Source of the DNA: Phyllosticta citribraziliensis
Taxonomy: Eukaryota
DNA length: 64,000 nucleotides
Assembly (NCBI RefSeq): GCF_038025025.1
Contig: NW_027117344.1
Span: 186,001-250,000, forward strand
Direction of reading: 5' to 3'
Position numbers and translations under genes: made by a program. This document shows positions 1 to 13,675 of this stretch, one piece after another (the stretch's first letter is position 1; each line of letters starts with the position of its first letter). The notes under the pieces were generated by a model, which was not told the DNA's origin, made no database searches, and saw only the letters and a list, made by a program, of their open reading frames with translations.

Positions 1-101
1 CGATGCGACGCCGCCGCCGCCGAATTTGGAGCCGGCGCGATTCTGTAGAGCTGTTAGAGGTGTTGTTGCGAGTGAAGGGTGTTGCGCACCTGGTAATCCA
101 T
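1..101 (-). CDS. SF3A2: Splicing factor 3A subunit 2 (Sap62/Prp11), 5' end only; gene runs off the window
   Basis: ATG at 101, exon MDYQ, intron 89-43 (GTGCGC...CTAAC...TACAG), then NRAGSKFGGGGVAS. The spliced MDYQNRAGSKFGGGGVAS matches the conserved SF3a2 N-terminus as I recall it. Confidence 0.85.
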
Positions 102-414
102 GGTTCAGAGCTTGGCGCAAGGAACGCGCGAGAGTGTGCTTGTAGATCTGGCTCAGCGGTTCGCAAGAGGTATTCTGTACTGCGCCAGATGGGATTGTCA
201 ACGTGTGGCGCGTCTTGGTGTTGAATCGACAGCTGCGGCCAAGAGAGATGGCGGACACGGCCGTGCAGGATGAGTCAGCGGTGCAAACAGATCAAACACG
301 TCCGGGCGACGCCTCCAGAAAAGTCGACGCGCTCCAACCACAAACAACAGCCGGCGCATCACTGGACCGCAGGCCCACCTTGACGACCTCGTCAAAATAA
401 CCGGCCACTCCGCC
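102..414. promoter_or_regulatory. Compact divergent promoter region between SF3A2 and DIS3
   Basis: Head-to-head ATGs at 101 (-) and 415 (+) with 313 bp between them. Confidence 0.6.
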
Positions 415-3400
415 ATGACCAGCCTGAAGCGATCGTTTGCGGCCGATGCTGCCGCGTCCAACCTGGCCAGCAAGGTCTACGTCAGGTCCACCCGAAGCGG
501 CAAAGTCCAAAAAATCGTGAGAGAGGTCTACCTCAGACAAGATATCCCATGCTCGTCGAAACTTTGCACTTCGTGCCTCAATTCTGCGCCAAAGGACTAC
601 AACAACAACAGTGGGTTTGCCGCTCGCTTTTGTTTCGAATCTAATCCCTGGCAGTCTCTCCCTTTGTGCTCTCCGAGAGGCCCGCGGGCACCAAATCATT
701 TCCAAATGGCCACTATCTAGTCCCCGACACCAACGCTTTCCTCACTGGCATGGACCTCTTTGAAAATGAAACCGCCTTCCACGACGTCATCGTCTTGCAG
801 ACTGTGCTTGAAGAAGTCAAAAACAGATCACTCCCTCTCTACCACCGTCTCATCAGTCTCACCAAAAACGAAGACAAGCACTTCTACGTCTTCTTCAACG
901 ACTTCCGTCTAGAGACGTACGTCACCCGGGAAGAGGGCGAAAGCATCAACGACCGCAATGACCGCGCAGTCAGAAGAGCCGTGCAGTGGTATCACGACCA
1001 CCTCCAACAGGCTACTGGCGGCCGCAGGAAATGCCCCGCAATCGTGATGCTCTCCGACGACAAGGAGAACCTCCGCAAAGCCAAGGCCGATTCCCTTTCG
1101 GCCCTGACCATTTCCGAGTACGTCTCTGGCTTGCCCAATGCTGACCAGCTGCTCGACATGGTGGCCGCAGGCCAGGAGCAACGCGAAGTCCGCCAGGCTC
1201 AGGGCGAGTGGCTTTACCCAGAGGTGAGTCTTTTCCGCGTGTCTTGTGCGACGCTAATTTTTGCAGTACTTCTCCATTTCAAAAATGATGACTGGCGTCA
1301 AAGCGGGAACTTTGCACCAAGGCATCTTCAACGTCTCTCCTTACAACTATCTAGAAGGCTCCGTGCACGTGTCCACTTTTGAAAAGGCGCTTCTGGTCCT
1401 CGGCAGAGAAAACAGCAATCGTGCCGTGTCGGGAGACGTCGTGGTTGTCGAGGTGCTGCCCAAGGAGCAGTGGAAAGCTCCGTCTTCCAAGATTATTGAA
1501 GAAGAGACTCTCAATCGGAACGAAAATGCCGAGGCGGAGGAGGGCGAGGCTGTCGTCACGGAGCGCGAGAGGCGAGCGCTGCAAGAAGAGGTCAAGAGAG
1601 TACACGGCAAGAGTGCCGAGGGCAGGCCACAGCCAACAGCTCGCGTCGTCGGAATCATCAAGAGGAATTGGCGGCAATACGTGGGCCACGTGGATAAAGA
1701 TTCGGTCAAGTCGACAGCAAAACAGAGCCGCACGCAGCAGACAGTCTTTCTCATTCCCATGGACAAGCGCATCCCCAAGATTCGGGTGCGCACTCGACAG
1801 GCGGGCGAGATGCTGGGCAAGCGAGTGTTGGTCACAATCGACTCTTGGGATCGAGAGTCGAGGTACCCCATGGGTCACTTTGTGAGGTCGCTCGGCGAGC
1901 TCGAGTCGAAGGGTGCCGAAACAGAGGCGCTGTTGCTCGAATTCGACGTCCAGTACAGACCTTTCCCCAAAAGTGTCCTGGATTGCCTGCCGGCAGAGGG
2001 ACACGACTGGCGAGTACCGCAAAGCAAAGACGACCCTGGTTGGAGAGGCCGTCGCGACTTGAGAGACTTACTCGTATGCAGCATCGATCCTCCTGGCTGT
2101 GTTGATATCGATGACGCTCTCCACGCCAAGCAGCTGCCAAACGGCAATTTCGAGGTGGGGGTCCACATTGCAGATGTCTCGCATTTCGTCAAACCAAACA
2201 ATGCCATGGACAAGGAGGCGGGCATGAGAGGCACCACAGTCTACCTGGTTGACAAGCGCATCGACATGTTGCCCATGCTTCTCGGAACCGACCTGTGCTC
2301 GCTCAAGCCGTACGTCGAGCGATATGCCTTTTCGACCGTGTGGGAGATTACGCCAGACGCAGAAATTGTCTCGGCAGACTACACCAAGTCGGTCATTCGC
2401 TCACGAGAGGCCTTTTCCTACGAGCAGGCGCAGATTCGCATCGATGACGCGTCAAAGCAAGACGAGCTGACGCAGGGCATGAGGACGCTGCTGATGCTGT
2501 CCAAGAAGCTCCGCCAGAAGCGTTACGACGCTGGTGCCCTGAACCTGGCCAGCCCCGAGGTCAAGGTGCAGACCGAGTCCGAGACATCCGACCCGGTCGA
2601 CGTGCAGACCAAGCGGCTGTTGGACACCAACTCGCTCGTCGAAGAGTTCATGTTGCTCGCCAACATCAGCGTTGCGCGCAAGGTCTACGAATCCTTCCCC
2701 CAGACGGCCCTCCTGCGCCGCCACGCGGCGCCGCCCAGGAACAATTTCGAGGAGCTCGCGAACCAGCTCAAGGTCAAGAAGGGCATGGAGCTGCGCGTCG
2801 ACAGCTCCAAGGCCCTCGCCGACTCGCTCGACACGTGCGTCGACGCCGCCGACCCCTTTTTCAACACGCTCGTCCGCATCATGGCCACGCGGTGCATGAT
2901 GGCGGCCGAGTACTTTTGCTCGGGCAGCCAAGCGTACCCCGAATTCCGGCACTACGGACTCGCGAGCGAAATCTACACGCACTTCACATCCCCAATCCGT
3001 CGGTACGCGGACCTGGAAGTGCACCGGCAGCTGGCGGCGGCCATCGAGTACGAGCAGCTGGACGCCAGCCTGCACAGCAAGGGCAAGCTGGAGGGCGTGT
3101 GCAAGAACATCAACGTGCGGCACCGCAACGCGCAGCTGGCGGGGCGGGCCAGCATCGAGTACTTTGTGGGGCAGGCGCTCAAGGGCAAGGTCGTCGACGA
3201 GGACGGCTTCGTCATGCGCATCTTCAGCAACGGCGTCGTCGTCTTCGTCCCGCGCTTCGGCATCGAAAGCCTGATCCGCCTGCGCGACCTGGCCGCGCCC
3301 GAGCCCGAGGCCGACTTTGACCCGGAGAATTACGTCTTGCAGACGAGCGGGTCGCGCGATGTGCGGCTGGAGCTGTTTCAGAAGGTCAAGGTGCGCATTC

Positions 3401-3456
3401 AGGACCAGATTGAGGAGAGCACGGGAAAGCGCAAGATCAAGCTGGGCTTGCTGTGA
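415..3456 (+). CDS. DIS3: Exosome catalytic subunit Dis3/Rrp44 (PIN, CSD, RNB and S1 domains)
   Basis: Exons 415-610, 655-1223, 1267-3456, frames checked across both GT-AG introns. Motifs: [19 protein letters not shown] and [37 protein letters not shown]. Confidence 0.97.
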
Positions 3457-3789
3457 TGGGCTGAGCCGGAGCGGCGAGCCGGAGCGGCGAGCCGGAACGG
3501 CGAGCAGCGAGCGGAGGTGGTGAAGCGGGTCATGCCCGTTGGTCGAGAATATAGTGAGGCGAAACACCAATCAATAGTCTACGCATAAGGCTGCAGCTAC
3601 AAAACACATCGACATGCCTCTTCCATCCTCGCCCTTCCGCATAGGGCTACTTTCTGTGCCACTCTCTTCCTTCCGTATTCCCTTTTTGGCCACCGCTGCC
3701 CGCTTTCGGTCATCTGCCTTTGCGTGCCGTCGGCCCCGCGCTTTGTCTGACGTGACGATTCCAGCCTGCTGCGTTAAGCCGTGGGTTTT

Positions 3790-6400
3790 ACAGGTCTGTC
3801 TGTCTGTCGGCAGACAGGTATGTATGTAGGCATGCGAGCGAGCGAGCGGGCGAGAGGCAGATGAGCGGGTGAGCGCAGCCGCACCAATGCATTTGTCGGT
3901 CAGTCTGTCGTCGCCCTGCTGCGCGGCGGGTGGTGGTGGCGAAGGCTGGATAGATGCGTGCGGCATGACAGGCAGGCAGCAGGCAAGCAGGTATCCGCCT
4001 AGGTACCTCTTGGTCCATTCATCCATCCGTATTCAGTAGAGCAGAAGCATTCGGCTGAAATTTTACATGTCCTTTCCTTTCTCTCTCTCGCGTGCTTTGC
4101 CCGGGCTGCTTCCTCCTCACATCTCTTGGTCTTCCTTTTCTCTTAGCCGACACATACACATACGCACGGCACACATAAAAGTCTTCCCTCTGGTTCTCTG
4201 CGCGTCGTTGCACAAGCTAGATGTCAATGCATCTCTCCGTCCGCCTGTCTGTGTATACGCGCGCCGGAGGGTGGGACAGCCCTCGTGAGTGACGGCTGCC
4301 AAAATGAGGGTATGTGCTGCGTGTGTTCCGAGAGAGAGAGAGACAGCACGCCTTGGCTTGTGCAAGAGGGGTTTGTGGGGATGATGAAGGCGATGATGGT
4401 GCGAGAGGTTGAGGATGGAGAGAGTTTGGACAGTGAGGGAGAGGAAGGGAGTAGCAGTTGATGAAGAAACCCTACCTGTCCAATCAACAAACACGAAATC
4501 TATTGTCCGCCGACGACAGACCTCCCCCTTCCCCCTGCCCCTACCCCTTCCCACCCATTCCCATCCTCGAGCACATCAACCCGTCTCTCGCTGAGCCTCC
4601 TCAAACCACCACGACCAAGAATGGCAGCACAACCAAAAACCGGCCGCAGTCAACTGCTCCCGCTTCGTTACGCGCCGCAGCGCATTGCAGCGCAGCATCT
4701 CGGCTGTACTGTTTGATCGCCGCCGGGTACGGGACAGTGTGTATCGACGGAGGAAGCGGCAGGGGGAGGCAGGGGAGAGAGGGAAAACGTGGGCAGGTCA
4801 AGCCAAGGCAGGGCAGGGCGTGTCGCGCATATGTACAGCACACACTTTACATTAAAACATAGTACCGTACCTACGCGCAGCAGCAGCAGCTAACCGACAG
4901 AGAGCAAGTCAGGAACGAGATAGACGAGCGCGCGGGCGAGAGCGCCGGCCGGCGATGCTGCTGCCGGGGTGATATTGCGATTGGCGAGGTGTCCGAGGTG
5001 GAGAGAGCGCAGACAGGACAGGCATGGTGCGCGAACGCGTGCGAGTGCTCCGTACATACATACATACATACATACCTGTACGTACATAGCCGATGGTGTT
5101 GGCATGGTTTGGGCGGGGCCGCTTGGGCTGGTTTGCTTTTTCTTCATGTACGGCGTGGTCTGCGATGTCCCGCGGTGGAGTGGTGGAGGGGTGGAGACTT
5201 CTGGATGCGAGGGCGTCCGCGTGCATGTGGTGTAGGTAGATTGTCGACGGATCGGATGGCGGGTGTTTGGATGGCCGGCGGGGGCGTGGCTGTGGCTTAG
5301 ATAGATGGACAGGGAAGAGGCGGAGGTTTGTCCGGAGTGGGCTCGCTTGGGTTGGATTGGATGCGGCGGATCAATTTGCTGACAAGAGTCGTCGAGGTCA
5401 TGGGCTATTCTCGCCTCGTCTCCTTGCTCTTTCCCCTGCTGGTGTTGCTCGAGACCTTGACGCTGTGATGGAGAGACGGAGAGACGGGGATTGCGCCGGG
5501 AAGACGACGGGAGGGGGAGGCACGGGAACGAAGAAACCGCGGGCAGCCAGACGGACGCCTCCTGTCGACCGAGTTAATTAGCCAGGGGGTGGTGGTGCGA
5601 TATGAATACCTACTGGGGTAGATAAATGGACGATGATGATGATGTTGACGCTGCTGAGGCATCCAGGCAGGCAGGCAGGCAGGCAAGCACCGAGCGGCGC
5701 ATCCCCCGCGGCTAACAGAAGCAACCCGACGCCGACTGCTGAATGCTGATTGGTGCCGCCTCAACGATTTTCACCGCCTCACCGCCTGGTCGCGCACCCC
5801 GGACTTAACCTTCAGTTTTTTCGGGGGTTCCCCCTTACGACGATCCGGCGGAAAGGGGGCAGCGGCTTATCGTGCGTGCAGTTGCGAAGTGAGATGGAGA
5901 AGAAGAAGACGAAGATAAAAGAGGGTCCGTCTGGTTCGACTCGCCATGACTGACACAGGGCTGAGAATTTGTCACAGTCGCGCTTTGAGACGGTGCCAAC
6001 CCAAGGTCATCCGCCGCGGCCGTGATTGGGCGGCGTCGGGGACTTCATCTAAAAGACATTCCTCGTGGCGACGTCTCAAAGCGGGCGAGGCCGACGAGTT
6101 GATTCTCTCTCTCGCGGAGACGGAGGCGGTGCCCTCAACGGTCGATCTGCACGGGGGTGGGAGTCATGGGGGGGAAATGGGACAATGGGCTGGCTGTGGA
6201 ACATGAGGTGCCTGGTGTGCATTCTTCATTGCTCTGGGCTGCGCGTGACGGCCGACAGGACAGGACAGGACAGGACAGGACAATGGAGGCCAGGAACAGA
6301 AGATGGGATGCGGATGAAGAACAGCCAGCCCGGCTCGCGTGCAGTGAGGTGTGCTCTTTGGCCTCTGCTCCTCGTCACCACCACCACCACCACCACCACC
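3790..6400. repeat. Microsatellite-rich intergenic region: (TACA)n, (CAGG)n, (GACAG)n, (CAC)n, (GA)n
   Basis: Short tandem repeats visible at about 5054-5074, 5664-5684, 6254-6282 and 6377-6401; no convincing ORF. Confidence 0.7.
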
Positions 6401-7169
6401 ACACCCACGGAACCACGCGCTTCGGTCCTCCCACCCACATGCCGTCCTGGACGCCTTGCCCAAACCACCAACGGCATCAGACTGATTTTGGAATCGCAGT
6501 CGATCCGTCATCTCCCACGCCCACCCCCTCATGCAACCAGCCGGCCGCCGCCCATGGCACAAGGTACAAGGCACAACCAAGGCTCGTTGGTGTGCGCAGC
6601 CCCTGAGATTGACAACCTCACCTTGGCCGCTCTGATTGGAGTCGGTCGACCACAAGCACGTTCTCCCGTCTGTCGTGCGCATCAGGAACGCGCTGACCTT
6701 TGCCATTCATTGACCGTGCCAATACCCTCACCGCACTTTGAATATGTCATCGTCGCCGGCGCCGTCGTCGGGCCAAAAGGACCTGATCGTCGCCCCAGTC
6801 AAGTCGTTCCGTTGCTTTTCTACTCGCGTCTGCCGTGCTCTCTCTCATCATACCTACATGCCGCCATTGTACCACCAGACACCATGCACCCGATCTCATG
6901 ACTCCTCTCCACCCCGTCCCCATTGGCCGTGCTGCTTTTCAGCTTGTCGAAATATCCTCTGTCGCCGTTGTTTTTTCCGCTCCCGTCCGTCCTGACCGGT
7001 CCTGGTCCTGCCTGAACCACGACTGAGGTGCTTTTCCAACGGCCCCGAACATCGTCGACATTACCTGCATACCCGATTTTCCCTTGGACCTCTCCGGCCG
7101 TCGCAGCCATTTCTACTGGTCCATAACCCGAGCACGACGGCCGCCGTCACTGCCTGTCCTTTCATCGAC

Positions 7170-7754
7170 ATGGGACAGAGCAACCATCAATTGGCCATCA
7201 TCTTGGGCTCCGTCCTCGGCGGGACGGCGACGCTGCTCGTCATTGGCTGCGTCTTCGCCTACGTCGTCCACCGACGCAGGACCAACGGCTCCATCATCGC
7301 AAGAGCCGTGACGCCGCTGGACGACGCCGAATTCGAATCGTGGAGGCGGCCGAGCAAGCAGATCCAATGGCGCGAGAAATACAGCATCCTGCCAGAAAAG
7401 CCGCCCCCGGCCCTCACGCGCATGCCGCCGTCGTCGCGGCAGAACCGGCGGAGCCGCACCAGCAACAGCCTCATCATCACCGAAAAGGACCTCGAGGACG
7501 TGCCGGCGTACACGTACCGCCCGAAGCCCCTCCCCACCACCAACGGCGTCCGGCCCGCCCACGTCCGCAACATGTCGAGCATGTCTCTTCGCGACCGGCC
7601 GCCGACGCCCTTTTCGCAAAAGGACGGCATCGCGCACATGAGGACGCACTCGGCGTCGGCCAGGAGCACCCGAGTGCACCATCCGTCCGTGTCGGAGGCG
7701 TCGGATTTCGACTTTGGCTTTCAGCAGACGGCGAGCCCTTTTGACAAGATCTAG
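7170..7754 (+). CDS. Hypothetical single-pass membrane protein with a disordered Ser/Pro/Arg-rich tail
   Basis: 194-aa ORF with coding-like GC3. TM segment LAIILGSVLGGTATLLVIGCVFAYVV followed by basic HRRR. The frame is open upstream, so an extra 5' exon is possible. Confidence 0.75.
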   Translation: MGQSNHQLAIILGSVLGGTATLLVIGCVFAYVVHRRRTNGSIIARAVTPLDDAEFESWRRPSKQIQWREKYSILPEKPPPALTRMPPSSRQNRRSRTSNSLIITEKDLEDVPAYTYRPKPLPTTNGVRPAHVRNMSSMSLRDRPPTPFSQKDGIAHMRTHSASARSTRVHHPSVSEASDFDFGFQQTASPFDKI

Positions 7755-8261
7755 CCAGGTCCGCCGGCGGAACAGTCTAGTCACTACCTCACGACCCTCA
7801 TGTTATAATGTACATATTATTAGCCTCCCCAATCATGTTGAATGGCGTTGTGTAAGAAAACGAGAAATGTCGGGGAGCAACGGCTCTCGCGTCGACGTGT
7901 CTGGACGGGCGGGTTGCTTTGAGATACCACAGGAGGGAGGGCTTTGTGCTTGTTTGCCTGCTTGCTTTGAGCGAAGAGATACGAGAGCGTTCGAGAACAA
8001 ATGATCAACTTGATGCCTTGGGATGCCTTTGAGCTGCTGCGACAAAGAGTGTCTTGGAGTGGAGGGGCGCGCCAAGCCCGACCCCGACCCCGACCCCGAC
8101 GGCTCACCTCCGACGGCGACGGGAGCTCCCATCCACTCACCGCCGATCCTAAACACCACATCCCAAACAACGCTACCTCCCTGCCGTCGCTGAGCCTCTA
8201 GCAGCTCGACCGCCGCCTGCTGTCCGTCCCTCCTCTGCTCGTGCTCGTCGCCATCCTCACC

Positions 8262-8798
8262 ATGGACGTCATCCAAGGTACGCTCTCCTCCCACTGCCGC
8301 CGCCTCACCCACCTCCGCTAACCCCCGCTCGCTGCAGACTGGGCCGCGTTCCTGACGGCGCAGCAAGACAACTCGTCGCAAAATGGCATCGCCGCGCCCT
8401 TCTCCATGCTCCTCTCGCTCCTCAAATCGTACCTCGTGCCCCTCATCTCGCGCATCCCGGCGCACCCGGACCTCGCCTCGATCGCGCTCCTCCTCGTCAT
8501 TCTGTGGCTGTCGCTGCAAGTCCTCAAAATGCTGTACGGCGTCGTCGTCTTCTGGGTCACGCTGGCCGTGCGGCTGCTCGTCGTCGCGGCCGTCGTGCTG
8601 GCCGCGCTGTACGTGTGGAGCAACGGCGCCGAGCAGACCGTCGCCGACGTCTCCGGCGGCCTGACGTACTGGGTCGACGTGTGGAAGGGCGAGTACGGCC
8701 GCTTTCAGGCGCAGGAGCAGACGGCGCGCGCCTTCATGATGGGCCAGCAGGCCGCCCGCGCGTCGGCCACGCCGTCGGCGCGGTGGCCGTTCGGCTAG
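8262..8798 (+). CDS. Apq12-like nuclear envelope / nuclear pore assembly membrane protein
   Basis: Exon 8262-8277 (MDVIQ), intron 8278-8337 (GTACGC...GCTAAC...CAG), exon 8338-8798. PDLASIALLLVILWLSLQVLKMLYGVVVFWVTLAVRL resembles the Apq12 two-TM region. Confidence 0.7.
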
Positions 8799-9069
8799 GT
8801 GGTAGGCCGACGTCGTGCAGGCCAGCTCAGCTTGCTGGACGGACTGGAGCGCAACATGCGGCGTCGAGCCACTCGGTTCTCGCGGAATGGTGGCGAGGTC
8901 GAGCTCCATGCGCTCGGTGATGGCGCTCGCCGTCCCCTGTACATACCTTTCTCTACGGCGGAGGAGCTACGGCTCGGTGCGGGCTCCGGGCTGTCACACC
9001 ATGGCTCCCTACAGCATTCCCTCATTCCGCCTGCCGGGGCATTCTTTCCCGCCCGCCATGTCATGTTGG

Positions 9070-11240
9070 ACCAACCACCTACCCACCTACCCACCTACCT
9101 GATACTGCATCCAGGGACCAGGCGTACGGAGCAATCGAAGCGCGTCGACGATCTATTCGTCACTCGTCATTGGAGGAACAAGTTCATGAGATCATTTTGT
9201 TTTGTTTTTTGGCGCGAGCGAGCGAGCGAGCGAGCGGGGAGCGTGCAAGGATGAATGATGGATGGATGGATGGGCAAAAGGCGTTTGGTGTTGGGTTGGC
9301 TCGTTGGGGCTCTTCTGTTTCTTTTCTTCTCTTTGTCCATTTGTCGATCTGTTGCCAAGTGCAGCGCGCCATTGCTGCTGCTGCTGCTGCTGCTGCTCGC
9401 CATTTACTGTACTATGCAAAAGGTACGTATGCCGGCAGCTATAATCTCTCTCTGTCCCTCATCTTACATCAACTGATGGTATTGCAGCCTTCCCATCATC
9501 CTCTCTTTTCGCAGCATCGACCCGCCAGCATATGTAGGTAGCGCGCATGCTGCTTGCATGCCTCTATCATCAAAAGCAAGCCAGCCAGCCAGCCAGCCAG
9601 CCAGGGGATCTTCGCTCTTCCTTCTTTTTTTCCAATCCTCTTTCCTTTCTCCTTGAGTTCCCTTTCTTTTCTCGTCGTCCACCTCACTCAGCCTGCGTCG
9701 AAACAATAGCGACAGCAGCAGCAGCAGCAGCAGCATAACACTGCCCAAGGGTCTCGCGTCGCCAAGCCACTGTCCGCCTACAGACAGGCCTACTCGGCTT
9801 CGACGTGCATAATCTTGCCGCCACGCTAGCTCCTTTCTTATAACCAAGTAGGTAAGTAGGTGCGTGGTAGCGCGCCTCGGCGCGCCAAGCCGTCCTATCA
9901 GCGCGCGCGGTGCGGATGCGGTGCGCCGGGGCGGAGGCGCCGATTGTAGCTGAAAAGGGAAAAGTGGTGAGCTAAGCGGCATCGTTGCTTCTTTCGGCAA
10001 GGTGAAGTAGGTGAAGTAGGCAAGTAGGCAGGGTAGGTGAAATGGGTAGGGTAAGTAAGTGTTGAAGCTCCCGCGCCGTAGCTGGCCACGGCATCCCTGC
10101 CTATCTTGGACTTGCATCTGACAGGCCGCCAAGCTGTCAACCTAAGCTGTCAGTCAAGCAGGCGCCGGAAAAGCTTGAATAGGGCGGGTGGAAGGTGAGC
10201 TCAGCTGTATAGGTAGTCTTTCTATCGTCAGCTCCTACTCCTACCGTACTCCTCGGAAACAAGGCTGCGTGCTAATCTGTGGTTAGGAGCGGAGCGGTCT
10301 GGAGGACACTACACTACACTACACTACTCCACGCTACTCTACTCTACGTGTATGGCAGACCGCCTCATAGCTTTACCTGCTCGCCTGCTTTCGTGCCCGT
10401 CCCCGTCGTGGCTACGCGCCTAGGTATGTATCTATTGTCCATCTATCTACCTCTCTGCGCGCGTAGCTAACTAGCTAACTAGGTAACCAAGCCACCCGTC
10501 TGTCTTCCCCTGTACGCGCGCAGGTACGCCGTCCGTGACAAGCCATTGGTCGCGCTCTGATCTGTCTCTTTCTGTCTGTCTGTCTCACAGTTCGCACACT
10601 GGCGCGCGAGGCGGCGCTGCTTGGCTGCGTTTTGCGTGGATGCGTGGGTGCGTGGGTGCTTGCTCACTTCTGCTACTTTCCATTTGTCTCCTTCACCGGC
10701 AATTAGACGCGCGCCGTCAGTCTGTCAGCTTTCTGGCGTCAACATCAACAACAACAACAACAGCTACGAAGACCACAACGAGCCAACATTCCCGCCGCCG
10801 CGGAGACGCGCCGGACCCATCAATCAGAGCACCAAACCAGCAAGTGACCCCCCGCCCACTCGAGCAAGCTTCAAGCTTCGCGTTAAGCTTACCCTCTTCA
10901 ACCACCTCGACGCACCCGCGAACAGGGATGCCGCCGCGCCTCCCCCCCCGCCCGCCAGAAAATCTAACAACCCACGACGAGCTGCGCAAGTTCGCGCTTG
11001 GCTTCTTCTTGTTTCGCTGCTACTGCTGCTGGGGCCGGTCTGTTTGGTTTGGTTTGGTTTGGCACGCATGCCAGAACTGGAGGCGTGGGTCGGCGCATGC
11101 GTGCTAGTCTTGCTAGAGTTGGTTTTCTGCTGGCTCGCTGGCTGCCTCACCGGCTGTCGCGCGCATGGATTGCCTGAACGGAGGGCGTCGCGCCGCGCCG
11201 CGCGCCTTGTATCGTGGGTTGCGCGCGCGGGCGCGCGGCA
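9070..11240. repeat. Microsatellite-rich intergenic region: (GCGA)n, (GGAT)n, (GCT)n, (GCCA)n, (CAG)n, (CAA)n
   Basis: Repeats visible at about 9215-9235, 9257-9272, 9373-9397, 9578-9604, 9713-9735 and 10740-10762. Confidence 0.7.
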
Positions 11241-11503
11241 GTTGTAGCGGGTCTTGGGTTGCAGCGGTGGCTCTTCTTTAGCACGGGCGTTTCCCTCCCG
11301 CTCGTGGGTCTGGCTGGCTGTCTGTCTGGATCCTGAGCCGAGCGGTTTGTTTGGCAGTCTTCATCGACGAGGTCTCATCACGTCCAACCAGCCTGTTCCA
11401 CCGTTCCGTCGCGGTTAGAAAGAAAGAAAGAAAGAGCTTGGGATTTGTCTGCGCACACGTTCACCGTGAAACAGTCCGTTTGCGCTGCTCAGCTCTGCCA
11501 GTC

Positions 11504-13675
11504 ATGGGGGAAACGAACGAAGACGTCCTGCCGCCCAAGGGCGCAGAGGAGGCGTCGACGGGCTCGAGCGTCGGCGCCGTGGTGCCGGACTGGACTGAAG
11601 AGGAGGAGCGAGCGGTGAGGCGGAAGATCGACTGGCATCTCATCCCGCTGCTGACGGTGCTGTACTTGTTCTGCTTCTTGGACCGGTAAGTTGCTCTCAG
11701 ATGAGTCAAGACAGTCCAGGAGGAGGAAGCTGACTGGTGACACAGTGCAAATATCGGGTATGAATGCCCTCGCTCCCTGATCTTGGATACTTCCTTTGTG
11801 TAGGAGTTGGCGTGTTGACGCTCGGGTGTTGGCGATAGGAACGCGTATATTGAGGGGCTGAAAGAGGACCTGAAGCTCAGGGACCATCAGTTCAACTGGG
11901 CGCTGACCATCTTCTTCGTGGTCTTTGGCCTGTTGGTACCCAGTCTCCTTTGAGGGCGTCCTCAGCTGAATAGAATGCAGTTGCGACATCCCGAGCAGCA
12001 TTCTCCTGAAGCGGTTAGGAGGCGCGATATGGAGTACGCTATCACGTTCTCTTGCAGCTGTATCTGCTGACTCGGATCTGTAGTTCCGTTTCTCTTCATC
12101 GGCTTCGGATTGATCTCACTGTGCACTGCCTTTGTTAGGAATTATACGGACCTGATGCTGGCGAGAGCTTTCCTGGGCGGGTTTGAAGGCGGTGTGATAC
12201 CGTCAGTCTCTCCCATCTCTCATCTGCACCGCAGGTTGTGGGCTGACCCGGATCCCGCAGATGCTTTGCCTTTTACCTCTCCCTGTTCTACCGCAGGACC
12301 GAGCATCTCTTTCGCGTTTCCATCTTCATTGCTACCACCATGATGGCTGGCGGCTTTGGTGGTCTGCTCGCTTCGGGGTTTTCGTAGGTGCCTGATGAAT
12401 GCGGGAGAGTAGTGTGGAACTGACGTTTCCAGAAATATTCCGAGCTGGGGCGTCGACTCTATGCGGATCCACACGTCAGTATCTCTGGCCCAAAACACTT
12501 CCTTCCAGCTAACGACGTGGCAGATGGCGCAACATCTTCTTCTTCGAAGGGCTGGTCAGTATGTTGTCGCAGCCTCCTTGCCCCACTGACGCCAGCCGAC
12601 TAGATCACCATGCTCCTGGGCATCGGAGCGATATTCTTCCTCGTGTCGACCCCGATGCAGTGCAAATTCCTCGACGAGCGGGAAAGGTACATCGCGACGG
12701 AGCGGCTGCTGCTGGACCACCGCATCGACTGGATGGAGCCCGTCGAGCGGCGCCACGTCAAAGCCGCCATCTGCAACATCCACACGACCATCTGCGCCGT
12801 CGGCTTCATGTGCTCGGCGCTGACGCTCAACAGCCTGGCTTTCTCCATGGTACAGTACAACCAAAAATGTCTTATATCGTTTTCAGGGTCCTCCGCGGCT
12901 AACACGACGCAGCCCGCCATCCTGCGAAACTTGGGCTGGACGTCGACAAAGGCGCAGCTCATGACGGTGCCGCCGTTCGTCTTCGGCTGGCTCACGGCCA
13001 TCGTGTTCGCCTTCTTCAGCGACCGCATGCGGCGCCGCGGCGTCTTCATCGTGCCGCTCGCCCTGTTCGGCGTCGTCGGCTTCTCTGTCCTCGTCTCGTC
13101 GCCGAGCGTCAAGTACAAGTACATGGCCATGTTCTTTGCGGCCAGCGGGCTGCCCTCCGCCGGCATCATTTACCTGTGCTGGGGCCTCAACAGTGCGTGT
13201 TTTCTCTCCTTTCCTCTCCTCTCCTCTCCTCTCCTATCCTATGTATCCAACCTCCCAAGCCGCCACACCGACGTACCCACCGCGTCTGTCCAACTAACCT
13301 CCTTCGCGCCACCCCGCAGACGTCGCCAGCCCCGCCGTCCGCGCCGTCGCCGGCGGCTACATCACGGTGCTCGGCACCTTCGCCGCGCTGACGGCCACGT
13401 GGACGTACCTGCCCGAAAACGCGCCCTCCTACACGCAGGGCCACGCCGTCAACCTGGCCGTCAGCGCGCTCAGCGTCGCGACGGCGCTCACGGGCATCGC
13501 GTACGTGCACTACGAGAACGGCGCAAGGAGCAAGGGCCGCCGCGACGGGCGGCTCGAGAAGGAGCTGGATGGGGGTGAGGGCGTTGGCGCTGGTGGTGGT
13601 GGTGGTGGTGCAGAGAGGGAGAGGCTGGAGTTGTTGCTGGGCCATCGGCATCCCAGGTTTAGGTATATCCCATAG
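11504..13675 (+). CDS. MFS transporter, anion:cation symporter family (Tna1/Dal5-like), about 10 introns
   Basis: Spliced motifs RKIDWHLIPLL, FCFLDRANIGNA, ARAFLGGFEGG, WRNIFFFEG, FFSDRMRRRG, HPRFRY. Includes a 12-nt micro-exon at 11746-11757. Some internal junctions are approximate. Confidence 0.9.

Noticed and set aside
2452..3570. 372-aa minus-strand ORF
   Set aside because: Antisense shadow of the GC3-rich DIS3 coding sequence.
3571..6995. Many short ORFs in the microsatellite-rich region
   Set aside because: Low-complexity translations with no recognisable domain or consistent splice model.
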